From NCBI GenBank assembly GCA_047602425.1, contig JASGHG010000001.1, positions 800,001 to 864,000 of the forward strand: a stretch of DNA of 64,000 nt, given 5' to 3'. Positions 10,244-19,545 of this stretch are shown here, piece after piece. The DNA comes from Nibricoccus sp. Lineage in GTDB: Bacteria > Verrucomicrobiota > Verrucomicrobiia > Opitutales > Opitutaceae. The translations under genes were made by a program, and so were the position numbers. Position 1 is the stretch's first letter, and each line of letters opens with the position of its first letter. The notes beneath the pieces were generated by a model. That model did no database searches. It worked only from the letters and a program-made list of their open reading frames with translations, and was not told the DNA's origin.

Positions 10244-10930
10244 TTACGCCCCAGCGGCCGCTTTTTTCCCATGCCATGGCTTGCCGGCGGCTTCGTCCGA
10301 TACAAATTGGTCAAGCGCCTGGCGGCCCGGATGCTTTTGTGTGTTATCCTTGGTTCGTCCCACCGCGAGCAATGCAATGACCTCGACGTCGGCGGGCAGC
10401 GAAAAGGCCTCCTTAACTTTTTGCGGATCGAAGCCCTCCATCGGCGCGGTGTCCCAACCGAGGTCCTCGAACGCGAGCATCAAATAGGTGAAGGCGATCA
10501 TCACGTGGCGGTTCAACCAGACCGCCATGTTCATTTTGTGGACAAAATCCGAGGCGCTCTTGGCCAGACGTTCGGCTGCCGAACCATCCATGCCCAACCG
10601 CCGCGCTTTTTCCTGCTGAATCCTAACCAGCGGTTCCTCCCAGCCTTCCTTCAGCCCATAGGCCACAATAACCAGCGGCGCCTCGGTGATCTTTTCCTGG
10701 TCGTAGGCTGCCTTCCTCAGCGCCACCCGGTTTGCCTCATTCCTCAAGGTTAGGAAACGCCATGGCTGCGTATTGAAACCCGAGGGTGCCTCGGCAGCGG
10801 TCAGGAAGGCCTGGGTGATATCGGCCTCGGGAACTTCGTCCGGCAAAAAGTGTGCCGTAGCCCGGCGTTGTCGAACTAGCTCGGCAAAGGACGACGAGCC
10901 AGAAGGTGGCGATGGTGTTTTTGTGTTCAT
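10244..10930 (-). CDS. Nitroreductase family protein
   Basis: RRATAHF, APSGFNTQPWRF, LGWDTAPMEGFD; start placed at ATG 10930. Confidence 0.92.
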   Translation of the reverse strand: MNTKTPSPPSGSSSFAELVRQRRATAHFLPDEVPEADITQAFLTAAEAPSGFNTQPWRFLTLRNEANRVALRKAAYDQEKITEAPLVIVAYGLKEGWEEPLVRIQQEKARRLGMDGSAAERLAKSASDFVHKMNMAVWLNRHVMIAFTYLMLAFEDLGWDTAPMEGFDPQKVKEAFSLPADVEVIALLAVGRTKDNTQKHPGRQALDQFVSDEAAGKPWHGKKAAAGA

Positions 10931-11137
10931 TCGATTCCGATCATACGCGAACACGGCGAGCGGGTTATCGAGGGATCTGCGGCTCGCATCAGGGGGATTT
11001 TCCCCTGAGAAAAAAACGAAGTGTTTTCCATTCCGATCCTCCCACCCGTTTTTCGGAGCCTTTGGTTTTCCCCGCCAATTGATAAAGGCAACCCGATACC
11101 GGAAGGTGCGTGGCTGCAAAACAACACAATTACGACA

Positions 11138-11707
11138 ATGCGTATACAGGGAATATTCGCCGCGTTCTTTCTCGCCTGCCCCGTGTTGGCGATTGCCCAA
11201 AATAGCGGCGGCTTTGATTTTAATCGTGGCGTCCCAAGCACCGGATATTATGGGCCGCACGGTGGGGAATCGGACTTCATGGTGGGTGCCAGCGGAACAG
11301 CGAACAGGCGCATGGACGACACCCTCGCCGGTTTGAATTTCTCGCTCGGCCATTATTTCACAAATATGCAGGCGCTGGTTCTCCGACAAACGGTCAACTA
11401 CAGCCACCCTGCCGGGGGCGACCGCGCGTGGAGCGGCTCCAGTCGGCTCGCGTTCGATCAATACCTTTCCCCGCACAGTCGCTGGCGTCCTTTTATCGGA
11501 GTCAATTTTGGCGGAGTTTATGGCGATGACGTGACGGAAACCTGGGCCGCCGGACTCGAAGCAGGCATGAAATTTTATGTCCGTCCACGGGTCTTTATCG
11601 AAGTGATGGCGGAGTACGCGTGGTATTTCCGGCATTCGAACAACATCGACGATCGTTTTGATACCGGCCACTGGAACTGGTCGCTAGGTACAGGTTTCAC
11701 ATTTTAA
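11138..11707 (+). CDS. Small outer-membrane beta-barrel protein
   Basis: Signal peptide, alternating aromatic strands, RPFIG...AGLEAGMKFY, C-terminal GTGFTF. Confidence 0.75.
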   Translation: MRIQGIFAAFFLACPVLAIAQNSGGFDFNRGVPSTGYYGPHGGESDFMVGASGTANRRMDDTLAGLNFSLGHYFTNMQALVLRQTVNYSHPAGGDRAWSGSSRLAFDQYLSPHSRWRPFIGVNFGGVYGDDVTETWAAGLEAGMKFYVRPRVFIEVMAEYAWYFRHSNNIDDRFDTGHWNWSLGTGFTF

Positions 11708-11762
11708 GCAGTTAATCCGAAGGAGAATCACCCTTCGCCCATTCCTCCATTCATTCTTCGCC

Positions 11763-13649
11763 ATGACATCTTTTTCCGCTCCCACCACCGCACGCTTGGA
11801 AGCGCTCGCCTTGCGGGTGCGCCATCTTTGCGTGAAGATGACAAGTCTCGCACAGTCGGGGCACCTCACGTCCTCGTTGTCGGCGACCGATTTGATGGTC
11901 GGACTCATGTTTGGCGGTACGTTCCGGTTCAATACGCTTTGCCCCGATCACCCCAACAACGACCGGCTGCTCTTTTCCAAGGGCCATGCTTCGCCGCTCT
12001 TCTACGCGCTCTGGACCGTGGCTGGAACCGTTGAAGAAAGCGAACTCGACAGCTACCGGCGCCTCGGCAGCAAGCTCGAGGGGCATCCCACGCCTCACTT
12101 TCCTTATGCCGATGCCGCAACCGGTTCCTTGGGGCAAGGTCTCGGAATCGGTTTGGGCATGGCTCTGAACGCACAAAGGCTGGACCGCCTGAATTTCAAA
12201 ACCTACGTGCTGCTCGGAGACAGTGAAATGGCCGAGGGCTCGCAATGGGAAGCCATCCAACTCGCCGCCTTTTACAAGGTTTCGAATCTCGTCGGAATCA
12301 TCGATGTCAATCGATTGGGACAAAGCCGCGAGACCATGGTCGGCGCCAACCTCGATGCCTACGTCCAACGTGTGAGAGCGTTCGGCTGGAAGGCCATTCC
12401 CATCGATGGCCACAATTACGATCAAATTCTTAAGGCCTACCGAGAAGCTGCTGCGGAAACGGAACGTCCCTCGATGATCATCGCCGCGACGATCAAGGGA
12501 AAAGGCATTTCATTTTTGGAGGACAAAGATGGCTGGCACGGGAAAGCGTTGAAAAAGGAAGAACAGGCAAAAGCGGAGCAGGAACTCAGTCTGGCCGATC
12601 CTAGCGCGTCCGGCGAGATCGCGATGCCGGACGCCAACACGCCAAACGTGATCGAATCCGGAGAAACGGAGTCCCCGCACTATCGCTTGGGCGAGAAGAT
12701 CGCCACCCGTGTCGCCTACGGAAATGCGTTGAACCGCCTCGCGGATAAATTTCCGCAACTGGTGGCCCTCGACGGCGAAGTCAGCAACTCGACCATGTCG
12801 GACCTTTTTGCGAAAAAACACCCGGAGCGGTATTTCGAAATGTTTATCGCCGAGCAAAACATGGTCGAGGTCGCGCTGGGTATTTCCCTCTACGGAAAGG
12901 TTCCGTTCGTGTCGACCTTCGCCGCGTTCTTTTCCCGGGCGTTCGACCAGATACGCATGAGCCAATATTCCCGGGCAAACATCAAGTTCGTCGGTTCGCA
13001 CGCGGGAGTTTCCATTGGTGAGGACGGCCCTTCCCAAATGGGCCTTGAAGATATTGCCATGTTTCGGTCGGTGCTGAATTCCGTCGTGCTGCATCCGTGC
13101 GATGCCGTTTCCACGGATCGGCTGGTTGAGTCCGCCGCAACGACTGATGGGATCGTTTACCTCCGCACGCTTCGGCAGGGCACACCCGTGATCTACGAGA
13201 ACGCGGAAGACTTCCCCATTGGCTCAAGCAAGGTGCTCCGGCACAGTCCCCACGATCACGTCACGCTCGTGGCGGCCGGCGCGACCGTTCATGAGGCGCT
13301 GGCGGCGTACGAGCTGCTCCTGAGCGACGGAGTTTATGTCCGCGTGATCGATGCCTACAGTATAAAACCAATCGACACCGCCACGCTTCGGCAGGCGGCC
13401 ACTCACACCGGCATCATCGTTACCGTCGAGGATCATTTTCCCGCCGGCGGCCTGGCCGATGCCGTGCAATCCGCCCTCGCGTCGGATCCGGTGCCAGTTA
13501 TTTCCCTGGCGGTGCGAACGATCCCCGGAAGCGCGACGCCCGAGGAACAGCGGGAGGCCGCGGGTATTTCCACAAACCACATTGTCAAAACCGTCAGGGA
13601 TCTGCTCGCCGTGCGGGAATCGCAATCGCTGGCATCAGGCCACCGCTGA
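11763..13649 (+). CDS. tkt: Transketolase
   Basis: SGHLTSSLS, SKGHASP, ATGSLGQG, GDSEMAEG TPP motif, IAEQNM, GEDGPSQM. Confidence 0.93.
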   Translation: MTSFSAPTTARLEALALRVRHLCVKMTSLAQSGHLTSSLSATDLMVGLMFGGTFRFNTLCPDHPNNDRLLFSKGHASPLFYALWTVAGTVEESELDSYRRLGSKLEGHPTPHFPYADAATGSLGQGLGIGLGMALNAQRLDRLNFKTYVLLGDSEMAEGSQWEAIQLAAFYKVSNLVGIIDVNRLGQSRETMVGANLDAYVQRVRAFGWKAIPIDGHNYDQILKAYREAAAETERPSMIIAATIKGKGISFLEDKDGWHGKALKKEEQAKAEQELSLADPSASGEIAMPDANTPNVIESGETESPHYRLGEKIATRVAYGNALNRLADKFPQLVALDGEVSNSTMSDLFAKKHPERYFEMFIAEQNMVEVALGISLYGKVPFVSTFAAFFSRAFDQIRMSQYSRANIKFVGSHAGVSIGEDGPSQMGLEDIAMFRSVLNSVVLHPCDAVSTDRLVESAATTDGIVYLRTLRQGTPVIYENAEDFPIGSSKVLRHSPHDHVTLVAAGATVHEALAAYELLLSDGVYVRVIDAYSIKPIDTATLRQAATHTGIIVTVEDHFPAGGLADAVQSALASDPVPVISLAVRTIPGSATPEEQREAAGISTNHIVKTVRDLLAVRESQSLASGHR

Positions 13650-13655
13650 AATACC

Positions 13656-14879
13656 ATGAATCGCATTCGACAACTCACGACCCTCGGCCAATCGGTTTGG
13701 CTAGATTTCACGCAACGCAGCTTCGTCGCCTCCGGAGAACTCAGAAGACTGATCGAACAGTGCGGTGTTTCCGGCGTTACCTCGAATCCGGCGATTTTCG
13801 ACCAGGCAATCACCGAAACCTCCGATTACACCCAAGCGATCGAACAGGCGGCGCGCAGAGGTTATCTTTCACGCGACACGTACGAGCAAATCATCGTGCA
13901 GGACATCAAGGCGGTCGCGGACGAACTCCTCGGAGTCTTCGGGCACAAAAATCGTCACGATGGTTTCGTCAGCCTCGAGGTGGCGCCACATTTTGCGCGG
14001 GACACGAACAAGACCATGGTCCAAGCCCACGATTTCTGGCATCGCGTCGGCCGGCCCAACCTGATGATCAAGGTTCCAGGAACAATGGAAGGGCTGGCGT
14101 CCATCCGGCAACTTATCGCCGATGGCATAAACGTGAACATCACCCTGCTGTTTGGCCTCAAACGATACGCAGCCGTCGCGGAGGCTTACATGTCCGGTCT
14201 GGAGGATCGGTTGGCGCGCAACCAACCCATCGAACACATTTTTTCCGTCGCGAGTTTCTTTATCAGCCGCATCGACCTCCACGTCGACCCTTTGCTGACC
14301 GAACCAGCGCTTCAAGCCAGGCATCCCGCCAACATCCTCGCTCTCAAAGGACAGGCCGGCATAGCCTATGCAAGGAAAGCGTTCGAACAATACACGCGCT
14401 TGTTCCAATCCGAACGTTTCAAACGCCTTCGAGCCCAGGGAGCGAAACCGCAACATCTGCTTTGGGCGAGTACGGGAACGAAAAATCCCAACGAACGCGA
14501 TGTGCGCTACGTGGAAGCCTTGGTTGGACCGGAAACCATAACCACTCTATCCCGCCCAACGCTGGAGGCGTTCATCCATCACGGCGAGGCTTCGGTTCAA
14601 CTTCCCGGCAACTTGGGCGAAGCGGATGCAGTCGTGAGATGCTTGGGCGACGTTGGCATCGACCTGGAAGCCGTCGCCGCCCAGCTCGAAGAGGAGGGCA
14701 TTCAGAAATTCACCCGTTCCTTCGATCATTTGATGTCGGAATTGGAGCGCAAACTCGCGGCCGCACGCAAAAGCATCGGAAAATCCCCCCAACCGAACCC
14801 TTCGCCAGCGACCACCAGCCAGGCTCTTTCAAGCCCTGCCGGCGAGGCCAACATGCGCATCGACAATCCACATCCATGA
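13656..14879 (+). CDS. tal: Transaldolase
   Basis: GQSVWLD, GVTSNPAIF, VSLEV, NLMIKVPGT, LLWASTGTKNP. Confidence 0.93.
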   Translation: MNRIRQLTTLGQSVWLDFTQRSFVASGELRRLIEQCGVSGVTSNPAIFDQAITETSDYTQAIEQAARRGYLSRDTYEQIIVQDIKAVADELLGVFGHKNRHDGFVSLEVAPHFARDTNKTMVQAHDFWHRVGRPNLMIKVPGTMEGLASIRQLIADGINVNITLLFGLKRYAAVAEAYMSGLEDRLARNQPIEHIFSVASFFISRIDLHVDPLLTEPALQARHPANILALKGQAGIAYARKAFEQYTRLFQSERFKRLRAQGAKPQHLLWASTGTKNPNERDVRYVEALVGPETITTLSRPTLEAFIHHGEASVQLPGNLGEADAVVRCLGDVGIDLEAVAAQLEEEGIQKFTRSFDHLMSELERKLAAARKSIGKSPQPNPSPATTSQALSSPAGEANMRIDNPHP

Positions 14880-15970
14880 TCTTCTCCCCCTTCGAAAATG
14901 AAAGCGATGGCGCCGGTTCTGGAGCCCCGGAACGAAATGCCGCCGTAGCCTGCGGCATTCGATTGATACTGTTCACGATCGCAGTCGTCCTGCTCGGCCT
15001 GGTGCTCTGGCGCCTAAGGGACATCGCCCTTCTTTGTTTTGGCGCCCTGATCGGCGCGCTCATTCTGCGGAGTCTCGCCGCGCCCTTGATTCATCGTTTG
15101 GGCCTCTCCGACGCCGCTTCGGTCGCTCTAACGATCTTTGTCGTCCTTGCGGTGTCCGGGGGCTTCATTTTGTTTTTCGGAAATCAAACCGCAGCGGAGT
15201 TCGGGGAATTCCAGCGCCTGATTCCAGCTTCTTTCGATCGGCTTAATAATGCCATCAACGGAAGCAGCATAGGACGGGGGTTGATCGACCTTATCAAACA
15301 TACCGCGGCCGACACGAAGACACTGACCGGCATGGGGACCGTGGCGGGCGGCCTGGTGGAAGTCGTCACCGAAGTTTCGCTCGTCGTTTTTCTCAGTATC
15401 TATTTCGCGTTCTCCCCCAATATTTATATTAACGGCTTTATGCGGCTCGTGCCTAAACGCCACAAACCGCGCGTTTCCGAGGCCTTGGACGGTGCCACGA
15501 CCGATCTCAAGAAGTGGCTTCTCGCCCAGCTTTATGCGATGGTCATCATTGGATTACTTGTAGGCATTAGTTGTGCCATCCTGAAAATTCCGCTGTCCTT
15601 GTTGCTCGGTGTATTCGCCGGCCTCCTGGAATTCATTCCGGTCGTCGGACCGGTGTTGTTCGTAGTGCCCGCGGTGTTGATCGCTTTTACCCAAGGCCCC
15701 GCAACGGTCGTCAAAGTACTGATCGTCTACTTCGCGATGCAACAGCTCGAAAGCAATGTGATCACGCCCCTGCTTCAGCAAAAGGCGGTGAAGTTACCGC
15801 CCGCGGTAACGCTCCTCGCTATTGTCGCCGGCGGACTACTCCTGGGGCCAAGAGGCGTGATCTTTGGCCTGCCTCTCACCGTTGTTTTGATTTCCTTGGG
15901 CAAACGACTCACAGATAGTTCGGCCGGCAGTGAAACCGTGGCGGATTTCCGGACGCTCAAACAATTTTGA
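14876..15970 (+). CDS. AI-2E family transporter
   Basis: Multi-TM; LLEFIPVVGP, QQLESNVITP, LPPAVTL; ATGA overlap with tal stop. Confidence 0.9.
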   Translation: MIFSPFENESDGAGSGAPERNAAVACGIRLILFTIAVVLLGLVLWRLRDIALLCFGALIGALILRSLAAPLIHRLGLSDAASVALTIFVVLAVSGGFILFFGNQTAAEFGEFQRLIPASFDRLNNAINGSSIGRGLIDLIKHTAADTKTLTGMGTVAGGLVEVVTEVSLVVFLSIYFAFSPNIYINGFMRLVPKRHKPRVSEALDGATTDLKKWLLAQLYAMVIIGLLVGISCAILKIPLSLLLGVFAGLLEFIPVVGPVLFVVPAVLIAFTQGPATVVKVLIVYFAMQQLESNVITPLLQQKAVKLPPAVTLLAIVAGGLLLGPRGVIFGLPLTVVLISLGKRLTDSSAGSETVADFRTLKQF

Positions 15971-15973
15971 AAT

Positions 15974-16015
15974 AAAAAAACCGGGGAAACGGTCCATGAT
16001 ATCCGTTTCCCCGGT
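15974..16015 (-). terminator. Intrinsic terminator between convergent genes
   Basis: ACCGGGGAAACGG/CCGTTTCCCCGGT stem with A-run on left. Confidence 0.7.
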
Positions 16016-16045
16016 CATTAACGGCGGGTCGACCCGGCGGCACCG

Positions 16046-16243
16046 TCAAGTGCAGCCGCATTCCCGCTCGATAAAACGTTGAATTCGTTCCCGCGATTCG
16101 CCGGTTTTCTTTTGGATTCTGCCAACGAGTTCGTCCTCGGCTCCATCCGTGTAAACGAGATCGTCATCGGTTAATTGGGAATACTTCATTTTCAATTTAT
16201 CCTGAACGCTGTCCCAGTTTCCTTTCAATGTGGTCGTATTCAT
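16046..16243 (-). CDS. CsbD/YjbJ family stress protein
   Basis: LKGNW...LTDDDL...G.EDELVGRIQKKTG. Confidence 0.9.
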   Translation of the reverse strand: MNTTTLKGNWDSVQDKLKMKYSQLTDDDLVYTDGAEDELVGRIQKKTGESRERIQRFIERECGCT

Positions 16244-16411
16244 ATAATTTAATCCGGGGTTTTATTGTCTGCGGACTTTGGAGAATCCGCGTGGATATTA
16301 CATGAATATAATAAATACTATCTCGCGCTTTTGGGATAGGGTCGCAGACGCTTGTGCCTCTCCGCTAATATCCGCATCGTGCCGTCGGCTGGAATCGCAT
16401 TTCCGAGTGGC

Positions 16412-16855
16412 TCATTTGACGCCGGCCTGCGTCGCCGCGGAAAGAACTTGAACCTCCTTCAACAACTGGCTGAACGCGAACGGTTTTTCCAAGGCGAAGC
16501 CGGGCTTCAGCAAATCGTCGAGATCTGGTTCGTTCCACGGAAGGCATCCCGAAATCAGAATCGCGGGCAGAGGAGAATTTTCCTGGCGCAGGCGCCGCAG
16601 CAATTCGACTCCGCGGAGCCGCGGCATGTCCTCGTCCGTGATTAGCAGATCGACTGTTTTTTCGCAAAGGATCGCGTAGGCCGCTTCGCCATCCTCGGCC
16701 GTCGATACCGAATATCCTTCACGTTGGAAAAGCTCCGCGATCGCTTCACGTATCCACCGGTCATCGTCGGCGATAAGAATGTGCAGGCCACCCCCGCTTC
16801 CCTCGATGGGTGTTTCGGCGCGGTCGTTTGGTACTTTCGATATGATCGTTTGCAT
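16412..16855 (-). CDS. Single-domain response regulator
   Basis: ILIADDD, DLLITDEDMP, ISG, LEKPF. Confidence 0.88.
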   Translation of the reverse strand: MQTIISKVPNDRAETPIEGSGGGLHILIADDDRWIREAIAELFQREGYSVSTAEDGEAAYAILCEKTVDLLITDEDMPRLRGVELLRRLRQENSPLPAILISGCLPWNEPDLDDLLKPGFALEKPFAFSQLLKEVQVLSAATQAGVK

Positions 16856-16906
16856 AATGGTTTGTATTGATGACTTGGCGGGCCGGCTGGGTTAGCGGTC
16901 TTGCTT

Positions 16907-17122
16907 TTAGGTGGCTTCTTGAATTTCAAATCCCACTTTGATGGTCACCTGCCAGTGATGGATCCTCCCGTTGTCGATATTGCCACGGGTTTCCAGGATT
17001 TGAAACCAACGCAGATTCTTAATGGTCGCTTTGGCGCGTTCGATGGCGTTCACGGCTGCCTCGTCGGAGCCGTTTTCCGAAGTGCCGGTGATTTCAACGA
17101 GTTTATAGATCGGATTTTTCAC
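16907..17122 (-). CDS. Dodecin family protein
   Basis: YKLVEITGTS...AIERAKATIKNLRWF...WQVTIKVGF; GTG start. Confidence 0.92.
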   Translation of the reverse strand: MKNPIYKLVEITGTSENGSDEAAVNAIERAKATIKNLRWFQILETRGNIDNGRIHHWQVTIKVGFEIQEAT

Positions 17123-17221
17123 GGTTTTAAATGGTTGTTGTTTCGACCGGCCTCATGATCGCCGGGCTTTCCGCTCGGGGTCTGGACGCACGCGAGGTGC
17201 GTCCAGAACTCTCGATGGTTT

Positions 17222-17779
17222 TTATTTTTTTGCAGAAACCGCTTCTTCGACCGATTTCGCCACGGTCAGGTGTTCTTGCAGCGTGGGCAGCGTCTTCGCG
17301 GCTAATGCGCGCAGGTCAGCGTCGTCGCTCTTTTCCGACGCCTTTTGGAATTCCTCCACGTCTTTTTTGTGATCTTTCAACATCTGCTTCATGTACGCCT
17401 TGTCGAAGTCGGCGCCTTTCTCATCCTGAAGTTTATCGGTCATCTTTCCGCTTTTTTTCGCCATCGCATTGGGAGGCGTGGCGCCCTTTTGGCTCAGCAG
17501 CTGCGTCAGTTCCTGATTCGCTTTCTGGTGATCGGTCACCATGCGTTGGCCGAATTCGCGGACGGCTTGGTCGGTGGCTTTTTGTTGGGCAAGCTGGCCG
17601 AGGGTTACCTCCATCGTGCCGCCTTCCAAGGCTTCACAGGCGAATTTATAATCGTGCGAAGAAAGCTGGCCCCGGTTTTCCGATTCGTTGGCCGACAATG
17701 TGGCTGCTGAGAAGACCAGCGCCGCGCAGGCAGCAAGCAGTTGAAACGAGTTGGCTGTTTTCATTTGAGGATTTTTCAT
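17222..17779 (-). CDS. DUF4142 family exported protein
   Basis: Signal peptide; EVTLGQLA, FGQRMVTDH, FDKAYM...DH, TLPTLQEHL. Confidence 0.9.
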   Translation of the reverse strand: MKNPQMKTANSFQLLAACAALVFSAATLSANESENRGQLSSHDYKFACEALEGGTMEVTLGQLAQQKATDQAVREFGQRMVTDHQKANQELTQLLSQKGATPPNAMAKKSGKMTDKLQDEKGADFDKAYMKQMLKDHKKDVEEFQKASEKSDDADLRALAAKTLPTLQEHLTVAKSVEEAVSAKK

Positions 17780-18007
17780 AGCGTTTGTTTTGTTGCAGGT
17801 GCGGAGCACCCTTCTTCAGTTGAGATTTGATGCGGGCCGCCTTTTGGCGCGCATCACGCCTGCTACGGTAGCGGATCGAAATGCCTGCCGCTATGGGATA
17901 AAACCCGACGTACCGTCTCCGGTGAACAGCCTCTCTTTTTTGGCAACAATCAGCGGCGCGGAACCGCCTTGCGAATCCCCGCACTATCCGGACGGCTTCG
18001 CTGCGCA

Positions 18008-18955
18008 ATGTCCTCGAATTTGAAATATTGGATGAGCGTTTTTGTCACCGCCGTGAAGGCGTGGTTTGCCGACAACTCCTTCAAGCATTCGGCGGCGGTG
18101 AGCTACTACACGTTATTTTCGATGGCACCGATCACGATCATAGCGTTGGCCATCGCGGGATTTTTTTTCGGCGAAGAAGCGGCCCGCGGGCAGCTTTCAC
18201 ATCAGCTGACCCAGTTGATTGGACGGCAGGGCGCTGAGGCTCTGCAAGGCGTCGTGGCGCAAAGCGAACCGCAGACCACGGGCTGGGCGTCGACTGCCGT
18301 CGGCGTGGGATTGCTTCTTCTCGGCGCCACTTCGGTCATGGCGCAACTGCAGGAGTCGGTCAATGAGCTCTGGCGTGTGGTTAGTCGTCCGGAACGAAAC
18401 GTCATCTGGAGTGTGATCAGCAAGCGCATGGTTTCCTTTGCGATGGTCGTCTCCGTGGGCCTGCTGCTGATCGTTTCGCTGGTTCTCTCGACGACGATCA
18501 CGACGGTCGTCCGATACTTTGGCACAAACTGGTCGCCATATATTCTGCGCATCGCCGATCTCGCCAGCGGCTTTGTCATTAACACCCTCTTGTTTGCGAT
18601 GGTGTTCAAGGTTCTTCCCGATGTCCGCCTCAATTGGAAGGATGTTTGGCGCGGAGCCATGGTTACGGCACTGCTTTTCGAAATCGGCCGGTTCCTCATC
18701 GCGTTCTACCTCGGGCATGCGACCTTTGCTTCAACCTTCGCCGCGGCCGGTTCCCTCGTCGCATTGTTGGTGTGGGTCTACTATTCTTCCGCGATTTTAT
18801 TTTTTGGCGTCGAGTTTGTCCGGGCCGATGTCGCCGCGCGCGGTCGTCACGTTCCGCCTTCCGACAGCGCCGTGTACGTCCGCCAGGAGCTGGTCCGCGA
18901 TCCTCTCGGCACCACACCAATGTCTAGGGAAAACGGACTACGAAAGCTCCGCTGA
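18008..18955 (+). CDS. YihY/BrkB family membrane protein
   Basis: SAAVSYYTLFSMAP, FKVLPD, AAGSLVALLVWVYYSS. Confidence 0.92.
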   Translation: MSSNLKYWMSVFVTAVKAWFADNSFKHSAAVSYYTLFSMAPITIIALAIAGFFFGEEAARGQLSHQLTQLIGRQGAEALQGVVAQSEPQTTGWASTAVGVGLLLLGATSVMAQLQESVNELWRVVSRPERNVIWSVISKRMVSFAMVVSVGLLLIVSLVLSTTITTVVRYFGTNWSPYILRIADLASGFVINTLLFAMVFKVLPDVRLNWKDVWRGAMVTALLFEIGRFLIAFYLGHATFASTFAAAGSLVALLVWVYYSSAILFFGVEFVRADVAARGRHVPPSDSAVYVRQELVRDPLGTTPMSRENGLRKLR

Positions 18956-19000
18956 ATTTCCCGATACCGCCGAGTCGTTACCATTGTTAAATTCACGTCC

Positions 19001-19477
19001 ATGAAACCACAAATCAAACTATCGACCGTCGCATTCCGGTCTTCCGCCGCTTTGGCGCTTGTGTCTTTTGCGTTCTTCACCGGCTGCGCGACCGAGCCGG
19101 AATCTCACGTGGTCTCAGCTCCACCTCCGCCCCCACCCACCACAACGACCACAACCACCGCGCCTGTTGCGGTGACTGTGCCTAACCAAACGCAACAAAC
19201 CACGGTCACGCGCACGACCTCCGTCACCGGCGCGGGAAATCCTGCCGTCGTGTCCGTCGTCACGGAGGCGCCTCCGCCGGTTCAACAGGAAACGGTCCAG
19301 GTACGGCCTTCCTCGAATCATGTTTGGATTCCCGGACATTGGTCGTGGCGTCTGAATCGCTATGAATGGATTCCCGGGCAGTGGGAAATCCCGCCCAGTG
19401 GCAGCTCGGCCTGGGTTCCTCCGCACTATGAGCGGGAAGGGAACGTCTACAAATTCTACGAAGGTTACTGGGAGTAG
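19001..19477 (+). CDS. Lipoprotein with WXXGXW (YXWGXW) repeats
   Basis: Lipobox FTGC, Pro/Thr linker, WIPGHW, WIPGQW, WVPPHY, FYEGYW. Confidence 0.85.
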   Translation: MKPQIKLSTVAFRSSAALALVSFAFFTGCATEPESHVVSAPPPPPPTTTTTTTAPVAVTVPNQTQQTTVTRTTSVTGAGNPAVVSVVTEAPPPVQQETVQVRPSSNHVWIPGHWSWRLNRYEWIPGQWEIPPSGSSAWVPPHYEREGNVYKFYEGYWE

Positions 19478-19545
19478 CCGTCATTTTGCCTGGCACGAGC
19501 CGGCCCGCCCATCGCGGGCCGGCTTCATTATCATCTCGTTTTATT

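Noticed and set aside
10931..11671. 475-aa extended nitroreductase ORF
   Set aside because: The extension is antisense to the outer-membrane protein gene
13697..14875. 757-aa ORF appearing as a long N-terminal extension of the AI-2E transporter
   Set aside because: The extension is an Arg-rich alternative frame of tal; the real start is ATG 14876
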